The notes below the pieces were generated by a model, which worked only from the letters and a program-made list of their open reading frames with translations, was not told the DNA's origin and searched no databases. A DNA stretch of 35,272 nt, taken from positions 1-35,272 of IMG/VR virus record IMGVR_UViG_3300042901_001003. One strand, written 5' to 3'. This stretch comes from a virus. Its lineage: Duplodnaviria > Caudoviricetes. Shown in pieces: positions 1-10,315 of this stretch; the first letter of the stretch is position 1, and each line of letters opens with the position of its first letter. The position numbers and the translations under genes are program-made.

Positions 1-367
1 TTTAATGTTAGTTAATGATGGTAAAGGTTCTAATTATCAAGAAAAAGTAGTAACTCCTGATGGTAAGGTAATCGAGCCAAAAGGTAGAAATGTAGTAATG
101 AACGCACCAAAAGGAACACAGATTTTTACACACGACCAATGGCTAAACAATATTCTTTTAAGTAATGGAATTGAACCAACTAATCAAACAATTGTAAAAG
201 GTGGAATTTCTAAAGAAGAAATGCGTGACGTAATGTCACAGTTTGCGAACAAAGATAGTTATCATTTCAGCATTGACGAGGGCGGAATAAACAAAACTAT
301 CATGCGAGGAGCGAGCAAAACAAATATTTTAAATAGTAGATTAAGAATTAAATCAAATAATGTATAA
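1..367 (+). CDS. C-terminal fragment of probable tail tape-measure protein (starts upstream of window)
   Basis: Open frame from the window edge; VNDG...YQE.V..P.G...APKGTQIFT resembles tape-measure C-termini; sits directly before the large tail genes; stop overlaps next ATG. Confidence 0.55.
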   Translation, partial: LMLVNDGKGSNYQEKVVTPDGKVIEPKGRNVVMNAPKGTQIFTHDQWLNNILLSNGIEPTNQTIVKGGISKEEMRDVMSQFANKDSYHFSIDEGGINKTIMRGASKTNILNSRLRIKSNNV

Positions 368-3057
368 TGGACGGAATTAACTTTAAATTTTACCTTAACT
401 TCAAAAATGATTCAATAGGTCGGATAGAAATATCTGAGCCTGTTGGATTTGATGGTGCTACTTTTACAATCGAACAAGATTCTAAAAGATATGGTAGAGA
501 TGTAGCGTATGGTAGTGAGGAAGTTTCACTATCTTTTTTTGAGGGCGTTTATGATAATGGTTTAACGCATTGTTTTGATTTATTAGTAAGATATTATTCA
601 GACTATGGATTTGAAAGTGAAGTTGAATTTATTGTAAATAAAAATGGTGTTGACTTTGTAGTAGGTTTATTAGACTACCAATTAGCAGAAACAGACCAAA
701 TAACGCACTTTAAAACTAAAGTAATACAAAACACTAACCAAGCAATTGTAAAGCGTAGAGATGATGTAAATGTTGATGTATTTAGTAGTACTGATTTAGA
801 TGACAATGCAATAACGCCAGTTACAACGCAAAAGATTTTATTAAAGGCAAAACCAGTAGTGCAAAATAGTGATTTTGGTAGTAATGATATTTCTGCAATT
901 GGATTTTCAAGAACAAATAATAGAAACGATGTTACAAATAAACCAAGAACCGTAACTTTAGGTTCTAATAATTGTAATGTTGTAAAAAAGTGGGGAATTG
1001 AAAATACTTTATCTTTTATGGATAATAGGTATGTTTTAAATTCATTTGGTTTTCCTTCTGATGGTTTAAATTTTACATACATTGAAGCACAAGAAGATTT
1101 GACAAATGTTACAATAAAAATTACTGATTTAGTAGCAAGTACAAGTCAAAGTAAAAATGATTTTTTTACAAATATTGTAACGAGTGGTAGCGGTTACGTA
1201 AAGTTTGTTGTTAAATATGGTTATGATAATGGTATAGGTAATGATTTGACTACAATTGTTTTATATGAAAAAAACTTTGGATTTGTAAATAATACTCCAA
1301 TTGAATTTTTACCAACTTCATTTAATGTAAACATACCTTTAATAAATAGAGGAATGAGGTTATGGATATATATGCAACCATATTCAGAAGCCACTTTTAA
1401 TCAATATCAATCAAGTTCGCTCGCTGGGTATGAGGTTTATGCTACTATGGAATCAATGAATGTTTCAATTACAGGAACATCAACCGCTATTAATTCCGTT
1501 ATTGAGGGTGTTAGACATATAAACTATGTAAAGCAAGTTTTTAAAAGTGCAACAGGATTGAATGTAATTGCTCCTAAATATGACATAGGCGGACAATTTT
1601 ACAATAACTTTGTTTTTAATGGTAAGTTAATAAGACAATTTACAGACCAAGCATTTTACGGAACTATTAAAGAAAATGTATCGCAATTATTTGAATTAAA
1701 TAGCGATTATCAAATAAATAAAGACGCTGTTTATATCGGGCAATATAATGATTTTTATACTAACAACGAAATAGGTGCTTTTTTAACAGCTCCAGAGCAA
1801 AGTTTTAAAAGTGCTTTTAACGATAGATATTCTATTAATAAAATGGAATATAAATATAAATCATTTGAGCAAGACAAAGACGAAAGCAACACGATAGACG
1901 CTATCCATACTTCGACACAATGGCTATTACCAAATAAACAAGTAGAGAATAATTTAAAGATAGAAGTTGACTTTGTGCGTGACCCTTTTGAAATTGAAAG
2001 CGCAAGACGACAAGGAATATTTACAAAAGATACAACCTCTTTAAGTAATGACGACAAAGTTTATATTATCGATGTTATAGAATTAGCACCAAACACAAGA
2101 AACGAATTTACAGCCCTTTTGCAGTACACAAAATCTATTGAAGATGAAACTTTTAAAATACTTTCAAACGGTTCTTTTAATTGGAATTTATTAGGTTTTG
2201 AAGTAGGTAATACTATAATTGTAAACGGAAACTCTTATGTAGTTGCAATAATTGAAAATACAGTAATTACATTAACAGACCCAACGGCAGACGGAACAAC
2301 AGGGACGGCCGTAATAACTGTAAATTACCCTTTGACAAATGTAAGTTTAGTCAATAGAACAAACCAAGAGTTTAATTTAATTGAAAATATAGCAACAGGC
2401 GAAAACTTTAGTAACTTACAATATTCAATAGGGCGTAATTTACAGCATTGGTATTCTTATTTAAAAACAGCGTGCAAATTTAGACAATTAGGTAAAATAA
2501 AAAATACCTACTTTAAATCTAATGGACTTGCAAAGACACAATTTAGAAGTGGTGCTATTATTACAGAAAATGCTGATATATTAGTATCTAATTTAGGAGA
2601 TGCTATTTTGTCGCCTTATGTTTATACTACTAAATTAGTTGCCGATTACAACGATGTATTAAACGTTCTTGAATTAATGGAAACTATAAATTTGGATAAT
2701 TCAATAGGTGGATTTATAAGAGTTATGGATAATGAGTTCAGAATGGCTAAAATTTACCCTACTAAATTATCTTATAAATGGGCAACCGCTGAATTAGATA
2801 TAACAGGAGAAGTAAAACAAGATTCTGAATATTTAGAAATTAATTCTACTTTAAGTGGTTTAATTATTATTGATGAAGTAGGTTATGATACCGATATAAT
2901 AAAGCCTTTATCTTTAAGAACAGAAGGCGACTACATACAAATATTAGATAAAAGAGGAATTGCTTTAAATAATTTAATAAAATTTGATAAAGTAAGAGTT
3001 AATTCAAATATTTTTAGTAATATTGTAGAACTTTCAGATGAATTATTAACGTTGTGA
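367..3057 (+). CDS. Large virion tail/baseplate structural protein (896 aa)
   Basis: Long ORF coupled to the tape-measure fragment; beta-rich composition; tail-module position (inference). Confidence 0.6.
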   Translation: MDGINFKFYLNFKNDSIGRIEISEPVGFDGATFTIEQDSKRYGRDVAYGSEEVSLSFFEGVYDNGLTHCFDLLVRYYSDYGFESEVEFIVNKNGVDFVVGLLDYQLAETDQITHFKTKVIQNTNQAIVKRRDDVNVDVFSSTDLDDNAITPVTTQKILLKAKPVVQNSDFGSNDISAIGFSRTNNRNDVTNKPRTVTLGSNNCNVVKKWGIENTLSFMDNRYVLNSFGFPSDGLNFTYIEAQEDLTNVTIKITDLVASTSQSKNDFFTNIVTSGSGYVKFVVKYGYDNGIGNDLTTIVLYEKNFGFVNNTPIEFLPTSFNVNIPLINRGMRLWIYMQPYSEATFNQYQSSSLAGYEVYATMESMNVSITGTSTAINSVIEGVRHINYVKQVFKSATGLNVIAPKYDIGGQFYNNFVFNGKLIRQFTDQAFYGTIKENVSQLFELNSDYQINKDAVYIGQYNDFYTNNEIGAFLTAPEQSFKSAFNDRYSINKMEYKYKSFEQDKDESNTIDAIHTSTQWLLPNKQVENNLKIEVDFVRDPFEIESARRQGIFTKDTTSLSNDDKVYIIDVIELAPNTRNEFTALLQYTKSIEDETFKILSNGSFNWNLLGFEVGNTIIVNGNSYVVAIIENTVITLTDPTADGTTGTAVITVNYPLTNVSLVNRTNQEFNLIENIATGENFSNLQYSIGRNLQHWYSYLKTACKFRQLGKIKNTYFKSNGLAKTQFRSGAIITENADILVSNLGDAILSPYVYTTKLVADYNDVLNVLELMETINLDNSIGGFIRVMDNEFRMAKIYPTKLSYKWATAELDITGEVKQDSEYLEINSTLSGLIIIDEVGYDTDIIKPLSLRTEGDYIQILDKRGIALNNLIKFDKVRVNSNIFSNIVELSDELLTL

Positions 3058-3069
3058 TAACGTCGAATT

Positions 3070-4221
3070 ATGGATTATTCTTTTATTAGATTTAGTGAAA
3101 CATTAGCTGAGGCGAACCAATTAAAGGACTCGCCTTTAGCTAATATTCGCTATCAAGAAGTTATACAATTACTACCTACTGAACATTATCTACAAAAAAC
3201 AAATACAGACTACGGAATTTCTTTTGATGGGGATTTACAAGTTTTAGTAGTTGATTGTAATGATAATACTTTAGCAGATATTACCGACAAAGTAGCTGTT
3301 TATGAGTTTGTAGATAGAAACGGAATAAATCAGTTAGATATTGAATTTTATAAGTTATCGGTTGATTTTTACAAAAGACCAGTACATATAAAATTAGTAA
3401 ATACTTATTCTAATGCTGTTTATTATTCAAACTCTTTGTATATTACAGCGTATGAAAGTTACAAAACAACTCGTTTTGATTACTTTAACCACAATGTAAT
3501 AGTTGGTATTCCTTATGATAAAACTTCAAACTATCAATCTATTAGACTGCAATTATGGTTTAATAATTTAGAAGATAAAACAGAAGTAAGCGATTATTAC
3601 CAAATTAGCAACGGAAATACAATAAGCACAAGACCACTTTATAAACAAGCTGAAATATACGCTTGTGAAATGATGTCAAACTTTGCCTTTGAACGCATAA
3701 ACGTATTATTATTACATGATGTAATTTATATTGATGGTGTAAGAATGACAAATAAAACTACTTTAAAAAGTGGGTCAAGAATACAAGCAAGTAATATTTT
3801 TAAAACTGAATTTTCATGCTTTAAAAACTATGACGAAAATTATTTACCTTATCCTTTTATTTACGAACCTTTATCTTTAGTAGAAAGAAGTCCAGAAGGT
3901 GTTTATACTTTATCTGGTATATCTGGGGAAAATATAAGAGGTGCATTTAATAGAAATATAACTTTAGGTAGTGGTACAATTAAACTTTACAAAGGCGTTA
4001 CTTTAATAAATACTTTTACAACCGCTACTATTATAGGTAATTTATTTGAAGTTGATATAACAGGATTAATAACAACAAATGGAACTTATTATGTTGTTAT
4101 ATCAAACGGTATGTTTAAAAGCGATGTAGATACTTACAGTGGTACAAATTGGAGTTTTGTAGTAGCTGATGGGGAATATGAAAGTTCTGAATATGATAAT
4201 TCACAATATTTAACAAATTAA
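3070..4221 (+). CDS. Tail structural protein with C-terminal Ig-like domain
   Basis: 383 aa; C-terminal FNRNITLGSGTIKLY...TYYVVISNGMFK...WSF resembles bacterial Ig-like (Big_5-type) domains. Confidence 0.55.
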   Translation: MDYSFIRFSETLAEANQLKDSPLANIRYQEVIQLLPTEHYLQKTNTDYGISFDGDLQVLVVDCNDNTLADITDKVAVYEFVDRNGINQLDIEFYKLSVDFYKRPVHIKLVNTYSNAVYYSNSLYITAYESYKTTRFDYFNHNVIVGIPYDKTSNYQSIRLQLWFNNLEDKTEVSDYYQISNGNTISTRPLYKQAEIYACEMMSNFAFERINVLLLHDVIYIDGVRMTNKTTLKSGSRIQASNIFKTEFSCFKNYDENYLPYPFIYEPLSLVERSPEGVYTLSGISGENIRGAFNRNITLGSGTIKLYKGVTLINTFTTATIIGNLFEVDITGLITTNGTYYVVISNGMFKSDVDTYSGTNWSFVVADGEYESSEYDNSQYLTN

Positions 4222-4225
4222 TAAA

Positions 4226-4687
4226 ATGGCAACAAAAAGTAATTTAATAACAGATATAAATACGCAATTAACAGCGATTATAACACAAGCTAAACATAGA
4301 TTGTCTATGTTATCAATTATTAACGAAATATATCCAACTATTGTAAGAGAAACGCAATCTACTACAAACACTATTACAACTAAAAATACTACTCCAACTT
4401 TAGCCTATGATATAAATATAGCTAAAACAGGGCGTAAAGTAACTATTAACGGAAGCATAACAAATACTACTGATAGTATAATAGCAAGTGTTTCTGCTGA
4501 TGGTAATTATTTCTTTGAAATAACAAATAGTGAATATTATCCAAGTACTTTAGAAATACAGCCTTTTTTTACTTTTGGAACTGGATTTAGTTCTTATTTA
4601 TTTTTTGACAGTAATAAGATTTATTGCAGAGAAATACCAGCTAATGAAGTTTCTTATTTTAGTATAACTTATTTTACTCAAAACTAA
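4226..4687 (+). CDS. Putative tail protein
   Basis: 153 aa Thr-rich ORF in tail operon. Confidence 0.5.
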   Translation: MATKSNLITDINTQLTAIITQAKHRLSMLSIINEIYPTIVRETQSTTNTITTKNTTPTLAYDINIAKTGRKVTINGSITNTTDSIIASVSADGNYFFEITNSEYYPSTLEIQPFFTFGTGFSSYLFFDSNKIYCREIPANEVSYFSITYFTQN

Positions 4688-5727
4688 TGAGAGAGGCTGT
4701 AAAAATAACAAGAACGACATCAGAATTTAATCAAAATCTATTGAGTTTCTTAAACTCTGATGTTAGTATTACTTCTGGTGGTGCTAACGCTACCATAACA
4801 AAAGATAATTCTTTTAAGTATGGTTATTTAGATAGTTTTAAAATAAATTATATAAATACTGGTAGTTCTGATAATGTTGTTTTTTACATAAACGATAATA
4901 CAACAACTGTTACGCAAGATGGTAGTTATATTTTATCGTATAGATTTTTTAAAAACTCGATAACAGAAGATGTAAATTTTATATGCAATGTGTTTGTTAA
5001 CGGAATATTGCAAACTGAAAATATTTTAAATCAAAATCTTTTTATAAGTTCAGGCTTTGAAGATAATGTTTGGCAAACATACGCACAAACTTTAGATTTA
5101 CAAACTGGAGATATTATAACAATGACTTTTGATACTTATTCAGATACTTCATTAGTTGATATTTGGTTTGATGGATTAAAATTAGAATTAGACAATAAGA
5201 ATTTAGGAATACCAAGTATATACAGTTTGCCTATTGATTTATTTGTGTTAAATGATAACACAACAGGTTGGGAACAAATTACAGATACAACATATACAAG
5301 CGGTTCGCCTTTAACAATTTCAAGCGGTGTAACTGCTAAAATATTAAATAATGGTGGTTCAAGAATAAACACACAATTACCATTAGGTATTGCAAAGTTT
5401 TGGAATGAATCAACAAATAAAATAGTAGCCGTTAATAATGGAGATGCTTTTACATTATCGTTACGTTTTAAAGCTAAAATGAATGTAGCTAATGGTATAA
5501 CTGATATTGGTATAAATATAGGCGGTTCATTAAATACAATTAGCGCAGAAACTTTATTATTTTCTAAAGGTAGCGGAGTTGAGCAAAGATTTGATATTGA
5601 TTTAAGTTATTTTACAGGAACTACTTTTATCGCTAATGGCGGAGATATTGAAGTAACTCCTTTAAATGGTAATATTTCTATTTACGATATTGTTTTAGTT
5701 ATTATAAGAACGCATAAAGGATTTTAA
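4687..5727 (+). CDS. Putative tail/receptor-binding protein with carbohydrate-binding-like domain
   Basis: 346 aa; W..Y...IWFDGLKLE pattern typical of CBM/galactose-binding-like folds; tail operon. Confidence 0.5.
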   Translation: MREAVKITRTTSEFNQNLLSFLNSDVSITSGGANATITKDNSFKYGYLDSFKINYINTGSSDNVVFYINDNTTTVTQDGSYILSYRFFKNSITEDVNFICNVFVNGILQTENILNQNLFISSGFEDNVWQTYAQTLDLQTGDIITMTFDTYSDTSLVDIWFDGLKLELDNKNLGIPSIYSLPIDLFVLNDNTTGWEQITDTTYTSGSPLTISSGVTAKILNNGGSRINTQLPLGIAKFWNESTNKIVAVNNGDAFTLSLRFKAKMNVANGITDIGINIGGSLNTISAETLLFSKGSGVEQRFDIDLSYFTGTTFIANGGDIEVTPLNGNISIYDIVLVIIRTHKGF

Positions 5728-5729
5728 TT

Positions 5730-7094
5730 ATGATAAAATTACAAATAAGAAGAAAAACAGCTAAAGTATGGCAACACTTTATAACTGATGGAGAAAATTT
5801 TATTTTTTCTAAATGTTATTGCAAAACTAATGGCGATAAGTTTCGAGTTGTCGAAGATGGCGGAACTCAAAAGAATGAATATAATTTTGACGAAATAGAA
5901 GTTTACGACGACTTAAATAGCGGAATAGCTGAAACGTTTACAAGTTCTTTAGAATTAATGGAGCGGTTGTCTGCTTTAAACTATGTGGGTTTTAATCAAG
6001 ACGGAAATGTTATAATAGCTGATTTAATCAGTTCAGATTCGTCTAATGCTGTTGTTTTAGGCAGTGATGATAGATTGTTTGTTAGTTCAAGTGGCGGAGG
6101 AGAAACACCAACTTTACAAGCGGTTACAAATGAAGGTAACACAACTTTAAACGAAATAAAAATTTACAATCCAGGAAATTTCTTTATGGAATTATATCCA
6201 AACGGTGTATATATAGAAAATCAAATTAATGGTGATAATATGAGTTTGAACTCGTATATATTGCAATTTGGCGATTCTTCATTCGCTTCAAATTTTTTAT
6301 TTAGACCACGAACTCAAAACACCGTTTTTTATTTTGAAGATGAAGGCGGTGAAAAATCAATCGCTACTCGTGAGTGGGTGAATTTAAATACTCCGAACTT
6401 TCAACAAGTTACCGATGAAGGTAATACGACTACTAATGAAATACAAGCTAGTAATTTTGTAAGTGCTGGTTCTGGTAATTTTGGGGGAATTATAATAAAT
6501 GATGGAGATTTGAATCAAATAGGCTCTATTTCTTGCTTAGCGACTCCATTAAATTCAAGAGATTATAATTTACCTGATGAAGATGGAATAATCGCAACAA
6601 GAGAGTGGGTGAATGATAAAAATAATTTGCAATGGCTTTTAAAAGACACCACACCAACAACAGCGGTTACAGGTACAACTTCAAGAACTCAAATAGGTAG
6701 TAGTATTTTAATTCCCGCAAATACTTTTAGTTCCGAAGATTTAATGAATTTAGATTCGTTTGCGGTTGAAAAAATAGCAGGCTTAGGAACTTGTCAGATA
6801 CAACTTTGGCACAACACAAGCAACACACTTACAGGAGCTACTGCAATAGCTGTTTTTTCAATGGTTAACGCCAATGTTTCAGCGAAAATGATAAGAACTT
6901 TTGAAATAACAGGCGGTTTATTGAATGGTAGGGTCGCTGGAAATGTAAACGGTATTTCAGACATTGGAGGTTTATCTGTGGCAACTTTATCTATTTCTTT
7001 TGACCCAACAATTGATAATTATTTTTTTACAACTGTTCAATTAGGGAATGCTTCTGATTCCGTAAAAAGAACACAACTTTTAATATCTAAATAA
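5730..7094 (+). CDS. Putative tail fibre protein
   Basis: 454 aa; duplicated motifs TP.(L/F)Q.VT.EGNTT.NEI and IATREWVN; followed by a small chaperone-like gene. Confidence 0.6.
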   Translation: MIKLQIRRKTAKVWQHFITDGENFIFSKCYCKTNGDKFRVVEDGGTQKNEYNFDEIEVYDDLNSGIAETFTSSLELMERLSALNYVGFNQDGNVIIADLISSDSSNAVVLGSDDRLFVSSSGGGETPTLQAVTNEGNTTLNEIKIYNPGNFFMELYPNGVYIENQINGDNMSLNSYILQFGDSSFASNFLFRPRTQNTVFYFEDEGGEKSIATREWVNLNTPNFQQVTDEGNTTTNEIQASNFVSAGSGNFGGIIINDGDLNQIGSISCLATPLNSRDYNLPDEDGIIATREWVNDKNNLQWLLKDTTPTTAVTGTTSRTQIGSSILIPANTFSSEDLMNLDSFAVEKIAGLGTCQIQLWHNTSNTLTGATAIAVFSMVNANVSAKMIRTFEITGGLLNGRVAGNVNGISDIGGLSVATLSISFDPTIDNYFFTTVQLGNASDSVKRTQLLISK

Positions 7095-7095
7095 T

Positions 7096-7512
7096 ATGCC
7101 ACTATATTCAATTTTAGACGAAAATGGATTTATTACGCATTGCGAAAATCATGCAGAATGTCCGCCAAATGCAACACCACTTTTGAACACTGAATTTATT
7201 AAACCTCGTTTGGTAAATGGTGTTTTGGTGGAAGGTGCAACAAGCGAAGAAATTGCAAGTTTGATAATTGTTCCTGATTCAATTTCACAAATGAAGTTAC
7301 GCAAACAACTTATTTTAAGTGGTATTTCTATTGCTTCGATTGATGCTTTAATACAATCGTTACCACAACCAAATAGAGATTTGATTTACACTATGTGGGA
7401 ATATGCAGTTGTATTTGATAGACACAATCCCGAACTAAATGCAATGTCTCAAATGTTAGAAATAACACAACAACAATTAGACGAAATATTTATTAACGGA
7501 AATTTATTATGA
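7096..7512 (+). CDS. Putative tail fibre assembly/chaperone-like protein
   Basis: 138 aa; VPDSISQMKLRKQL...WEYA..FDR..P...LDEIF pattern is common in proteins following phage tail fibres. Confidence 0.5.
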   Translation: MPLYSILDENGFITHCENHAECPPNATPLLNTEFIKPRLVNGVLVEGATSEEIASLIIVPDSISQMKLRKQLILSGISIASIDALIQSLPQPNRDLIYTMWEYAVVFDRHNPELNAMSQMLEITQQQLDEIFINGNLL

Positions 7513-7826
7513 TACTATTTATAATCGCTTACATTTTATTTTTACCTTTATCATTTATAAACTTTCTTTTTGTGCGTCAAAAAGGATATTTTAAAGACAG
7601 CGCAATAAACATTGATAAGTTTGGTAATAGAGAGTTTAGAAGTTCTTTAAATCGCTGTTTAATTACTTCAAATAGCCCTTTTGAATTTGGTAATATTAAT
7701 GAAACAATATCAAGTGTATTGGGTAAAAATAAAAGGTTCGGACACCTTACAAAGTTTGGTAAAATAATATGTTTAATTTTAGACACAATAGAAAAAAATC
7801 ATTGTGAAAAATCGATAGTTTGGTAG
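7509..7826 (+). CDS. Conserved phage membrane protein
   Basis: N-terminal hydrophobic helix; IDKFGN...ETISSVLGK...LD.IEKNHC motif; adjacent to lysis genes. Confidence 0.55.
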   Translation: MILFIIAYILFLPLSFINFLFVRQKGYFKDSAINIDKFGNREFRSSLNRCLITSNSPFEFGNINETISSVLGKNKRFGHLTKFGKIICLILDTIEKNHCEKSIVW

Positions 7827-7827
7827 T

Positions 7828-8262
7828 ATGATAACAACTAAAATAATTACAGCAATCATAACAACATTTTTAATATTTATTACGCCAATATTAGGACTAT
7901 TGGGGTTAATATCTTTTGCGGTTGGATTTGATACAATATTTGCTATTTATGTAAGCATTAAACAAAAAGGAATTAACTCTTTTAAAAGTACTAAACTTTT
8001 TAATATAGTAGTTAAAACTTTCTTTTATATGGGTTCAATTATATTTGCTTTTATGATTGATAAATATATTTTAGATGGTAAACTATTCGATATTCCTTAT
8101 TTGATTTCTAAAGTGCTTACTTTTGTATGGCTGTATATTGAAGTAAAAAGCATAGATGAAACCTCTATGAAATTAGGGAATCGTTCACTTTGGGTAATCG
8201 TAAAAGAAATCATATCTAAAGGCAAAGACTTAAAAAAGGATATTAACGAAATCAAAGAGTAA
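7828..8262 (+). CDS. Holin (putative)
   Basis: 144 aa with several TM helices, E.KSIDE motif and charged C-terminus; coupled to endolysin start (TAATG). Confidence 0.75.
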   Translation: MITTKIITAIITTFLIFITPILGLLGLISFAVGFDTIFAIYVSIKQKGINSFKSTKLFNIVVKTFFYMGSIIFAFMIDKYILDGKLFDIPYLISKVLTFVWLYIEVKSIDETSMKLGNRSLWVIVKEIISKGKDLKKDINEIKE

Positions 8263-8672
8263 TGAGAAACATTAACTACATAGTAATTCATTGCACCGCC
8301 TCGCAACCGAGTGCAACAAAGCAATCTATTTTAGACTATTGGAAAAACGTTTTAAAATGGAAAACAGTAGGGTATCATAGATTGATTGACGCTAATGGAA
8401 TTATTCACGAATTGGCAAAATATGAACAAGTAACTAATGGTGTGAAAGGTTATAATAGTGAATCAATACATTTTAGCTATATTGGTGGAATAGACGAGAA
8501 AGGAAAGCCAAAAGACACAAGAACACCAAAACAAAAAGAAAGTCTTTTATATCTAATAAAACAAGCAAAAAAACAATTTCCAAACGCAATTATACAAGGT
8601 CATAAAGATTTTAAAGGGGTTGCAAAGGCTTGCCCGAGTTTTGAAGCAAAGAAAGAATATAGTAATATTTAA
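8262..8672 (+). CDS. Endolysin, N-acetylmuramoyl-L-alanine amidase (Amidase_2, T7 lysozyme-like)
   Basis: Motifs IVIHCTA, GYH, YIGG, QGHKDF and KACPSF (Zn ligands H/H/C). Confidence 0.92.
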   Translation: MRNINYIVIHCTASQPSATKQSILDYWKNVLKWKTVGYHRLIDANGIIHELAKYEQVTNGVKGYNSESIHFSYIGGIDEKGKPKDTRTPKQKESLLYLIKQAKKQFPNAIIQGHKDFKGVAKACPSFEAKKEYSNI

Positions 8673-8734
8673 ATAATATCGGTTTTTTCAATCATTACAA
8701 GTAAAAAAGCATATTAATGTTGGTATAAAACAAC

Positions 8735-8766
8735 AAAACCGCCCTAAAAAATAGAGCGGTTTTTTA
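8735..8766. terminator. Bidirectional intrinsic terminator between convergent operons
   Basis: AAAACCGCCCTA-AAAAA-TAGAGCGGTTTTTT hairpin flanked by A and T tracts where the + and - operons converge. Confidence 0.8.
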
Positions 8767-8791
8767 ATTAACTAAACTACTTCCCCAAAAA

Positions 8792-8965
8792 TTATTTTTT
8801 TATTTCTTCTGCTAATTCTAAAATAAAATTATTAATTTGTTCCTCGCTCCAACTTAAAGCAATTAAATGAGCTTTAAAAGATGTGAATAATTGTTCTAAA
8901 CTTACATCGGAATTATTAAATTCTGTTGTATGTTGTTCCCATTTAGTTCGTGTTATTAGTTCCAT
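8792..8965 (-). CDS. Hypothetical protein (57 aa, not in ORF track)
   Basis: Manual translation MELITRTKWEQH...EIKK*; overlaps end of upstream gene. Confidence 0.6.
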   Translation of the reverse strand: MELITRTKWEQHTTEFNNSDVSLEQLFTSFKAHLIALSWSEEQINNFILELAEEIKK

Positions 8966-9167
8966 TAGTAATGTCTTTTAAATAATTAAAAGTAGATTCT
9001 GATTTTTCTCCCCAAAAGAAATCGCAAATAAAAACGTTATCTTTTATTTTTCCAACGTTGTCATCTGAAAAATACGATTGTCTATATTCGCTATCTTTAG
9101 AAGTAAATCTATAACATTTTTCTTTTATAGGGCAATTAATACCCTTACATTTTGTAATATCTGGCAT
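8943..9167 (-). CDS. Small Cys-rich phage protein
   Basis: MPDITKC.G.NCP.KEKCYRF...C..FW, possible Zn-binding. Confidence 0.7.
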   Translation of the reverse strand: MPDITKCKGINCPIKEKCYRFTSKDSEYRQSYFSDDNVGKIKDNVFICDFFWGEKSESTFNYLKDITNGTNNTN

Positions 9168-9172
9168 AATGT

Positions 9173-10315
9173 TTAAAATAAATGTGTAATTCGGGCAATT
9201 TGTCCGTTAAGTTTATGATGTAAAAATCCCTCTATTGCTTTCGGGGCGTGTTGATATCCGTTCCTATGATGCCATGAATCCGTACCGCTTGGACTTCTTA
9301 ATGTTTCAACACAAACACCCATAACATCTTTACTTACTTTATGATGCAAATGATGTGTATAAAAATATTTATGTTTGCACGCTTGCCAACTATCCGATTC
9401 ATGAGCCATCAATAAAGCTAAATTTTCAGTCTTTGCACCATCTCCATGAGTTGAACCTATTAAGTTATTAAAGTAAGTATAATATTTACGATGTGCGATG
9501 TCAACATTAAAAGTTACATTTTCGCAATTTCTAAAATGAGTTTCAATTACTTGTGCTAAAAAGAAACCGTGTGTATAATCGTGATTAGATGGATTGTAAG
9601 TAACGTGTGTAGGTGCTATTTGCATAAGAATTTCAATAACATCTACATATAATTGTTTTGCTATTATAAAATTAGTGTGCCACATTCCATCTGTATCTTG
9701 TGGTGTTCCTGATGTAGTTTGTCTTTTTGGACTATCAATATGTAAAATGTCGTTACCAATAATTAAATTTATTTGGTCAATTTCAAAACCTTTAACTTTA
9801 TTAAGTATTCCTTTTACGCCTTGAAGTACTCTTTGAACTGCTATTTGATTATTATAAGGCTCTCCAACTTCAAACGCACTGCATAACTTACCTATATGTA
9901 TGTCTGCTGGGTCAATAACTAATAAATGAGCGTCTTTTTTATCTTCGTAAACTATTTTATTGTATTTAGGAATATAAGTCTTTAAATCGCTTAATAATAC
10001 TTTTGATAAAGTTTCAAAGTCTTTTTCTTGTAATTCTTTATAATCAGGATTTTTTACAAATAAACTTGAATTTTTATCTTTTAACCAAAGGTGTTTGACA
10101 TTTGTAGTATCAACTTGTAAATTATTAGTCGCTTCTTTTATTCCTTTGTTACGAAACTTATAAATATATTTTCTTAAAGCATTTAATTCAGGATTTTTAT
10201 TATGTGGTAAATTATTATTTAAAATAAGTTTACCTATTTTATCATCTGAATAATCACTTTCTTTTATATAAGATTCTATTTGATTATCGAATTTAGACCA
10301 CTTGCTTTTTATCAT
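9173..10315 (-). CDS. Calcineurin-like metallophosphoesterase
   Basis: Motifs ADIHIGK, GNDILHID, NPSNHD, HGD and HHLHH. Confidence 0.8.
   Translation of the reverse strand: MIKSKWSKFDNQIESYIKESDYSDDKIGKLILNNNLPHNKNPELNALRKYIYKFRNKGIKEATNNLQVDTTNVKHLWLKDKNSSLFVKNPDYKELQEKDFETLSKVLLSDLKTYIPKYNKIVYEDKKDAHLLVIDPADIHIGKLCSAFEVGEPYNNQIAVQRVLQGVKGILNKVKGFEIDQINLIIGNDILHIDSPKRQTTSGTPQDTDGMWHTNFIIAKQLYVDVIEILMQIAPTHVTYNPSNHDYTHGFFLAQVIETHFRNCENVTFNVDIAHRKYYTYFNNLIGSTHGDGAKTENLALLMAHESDSWQACKHKYFYTHHLHHKVSKDVMGVCVETLRSPSGTDSWHHRNGYQHAPKAIEGFLHHKLNGQIARITHLF

Noticed and set aside
675-8324. Minus-strand ORFs within tail and lysis genes
   Set aside because: Antisense shadows of long, tightly coupled + strand genes.
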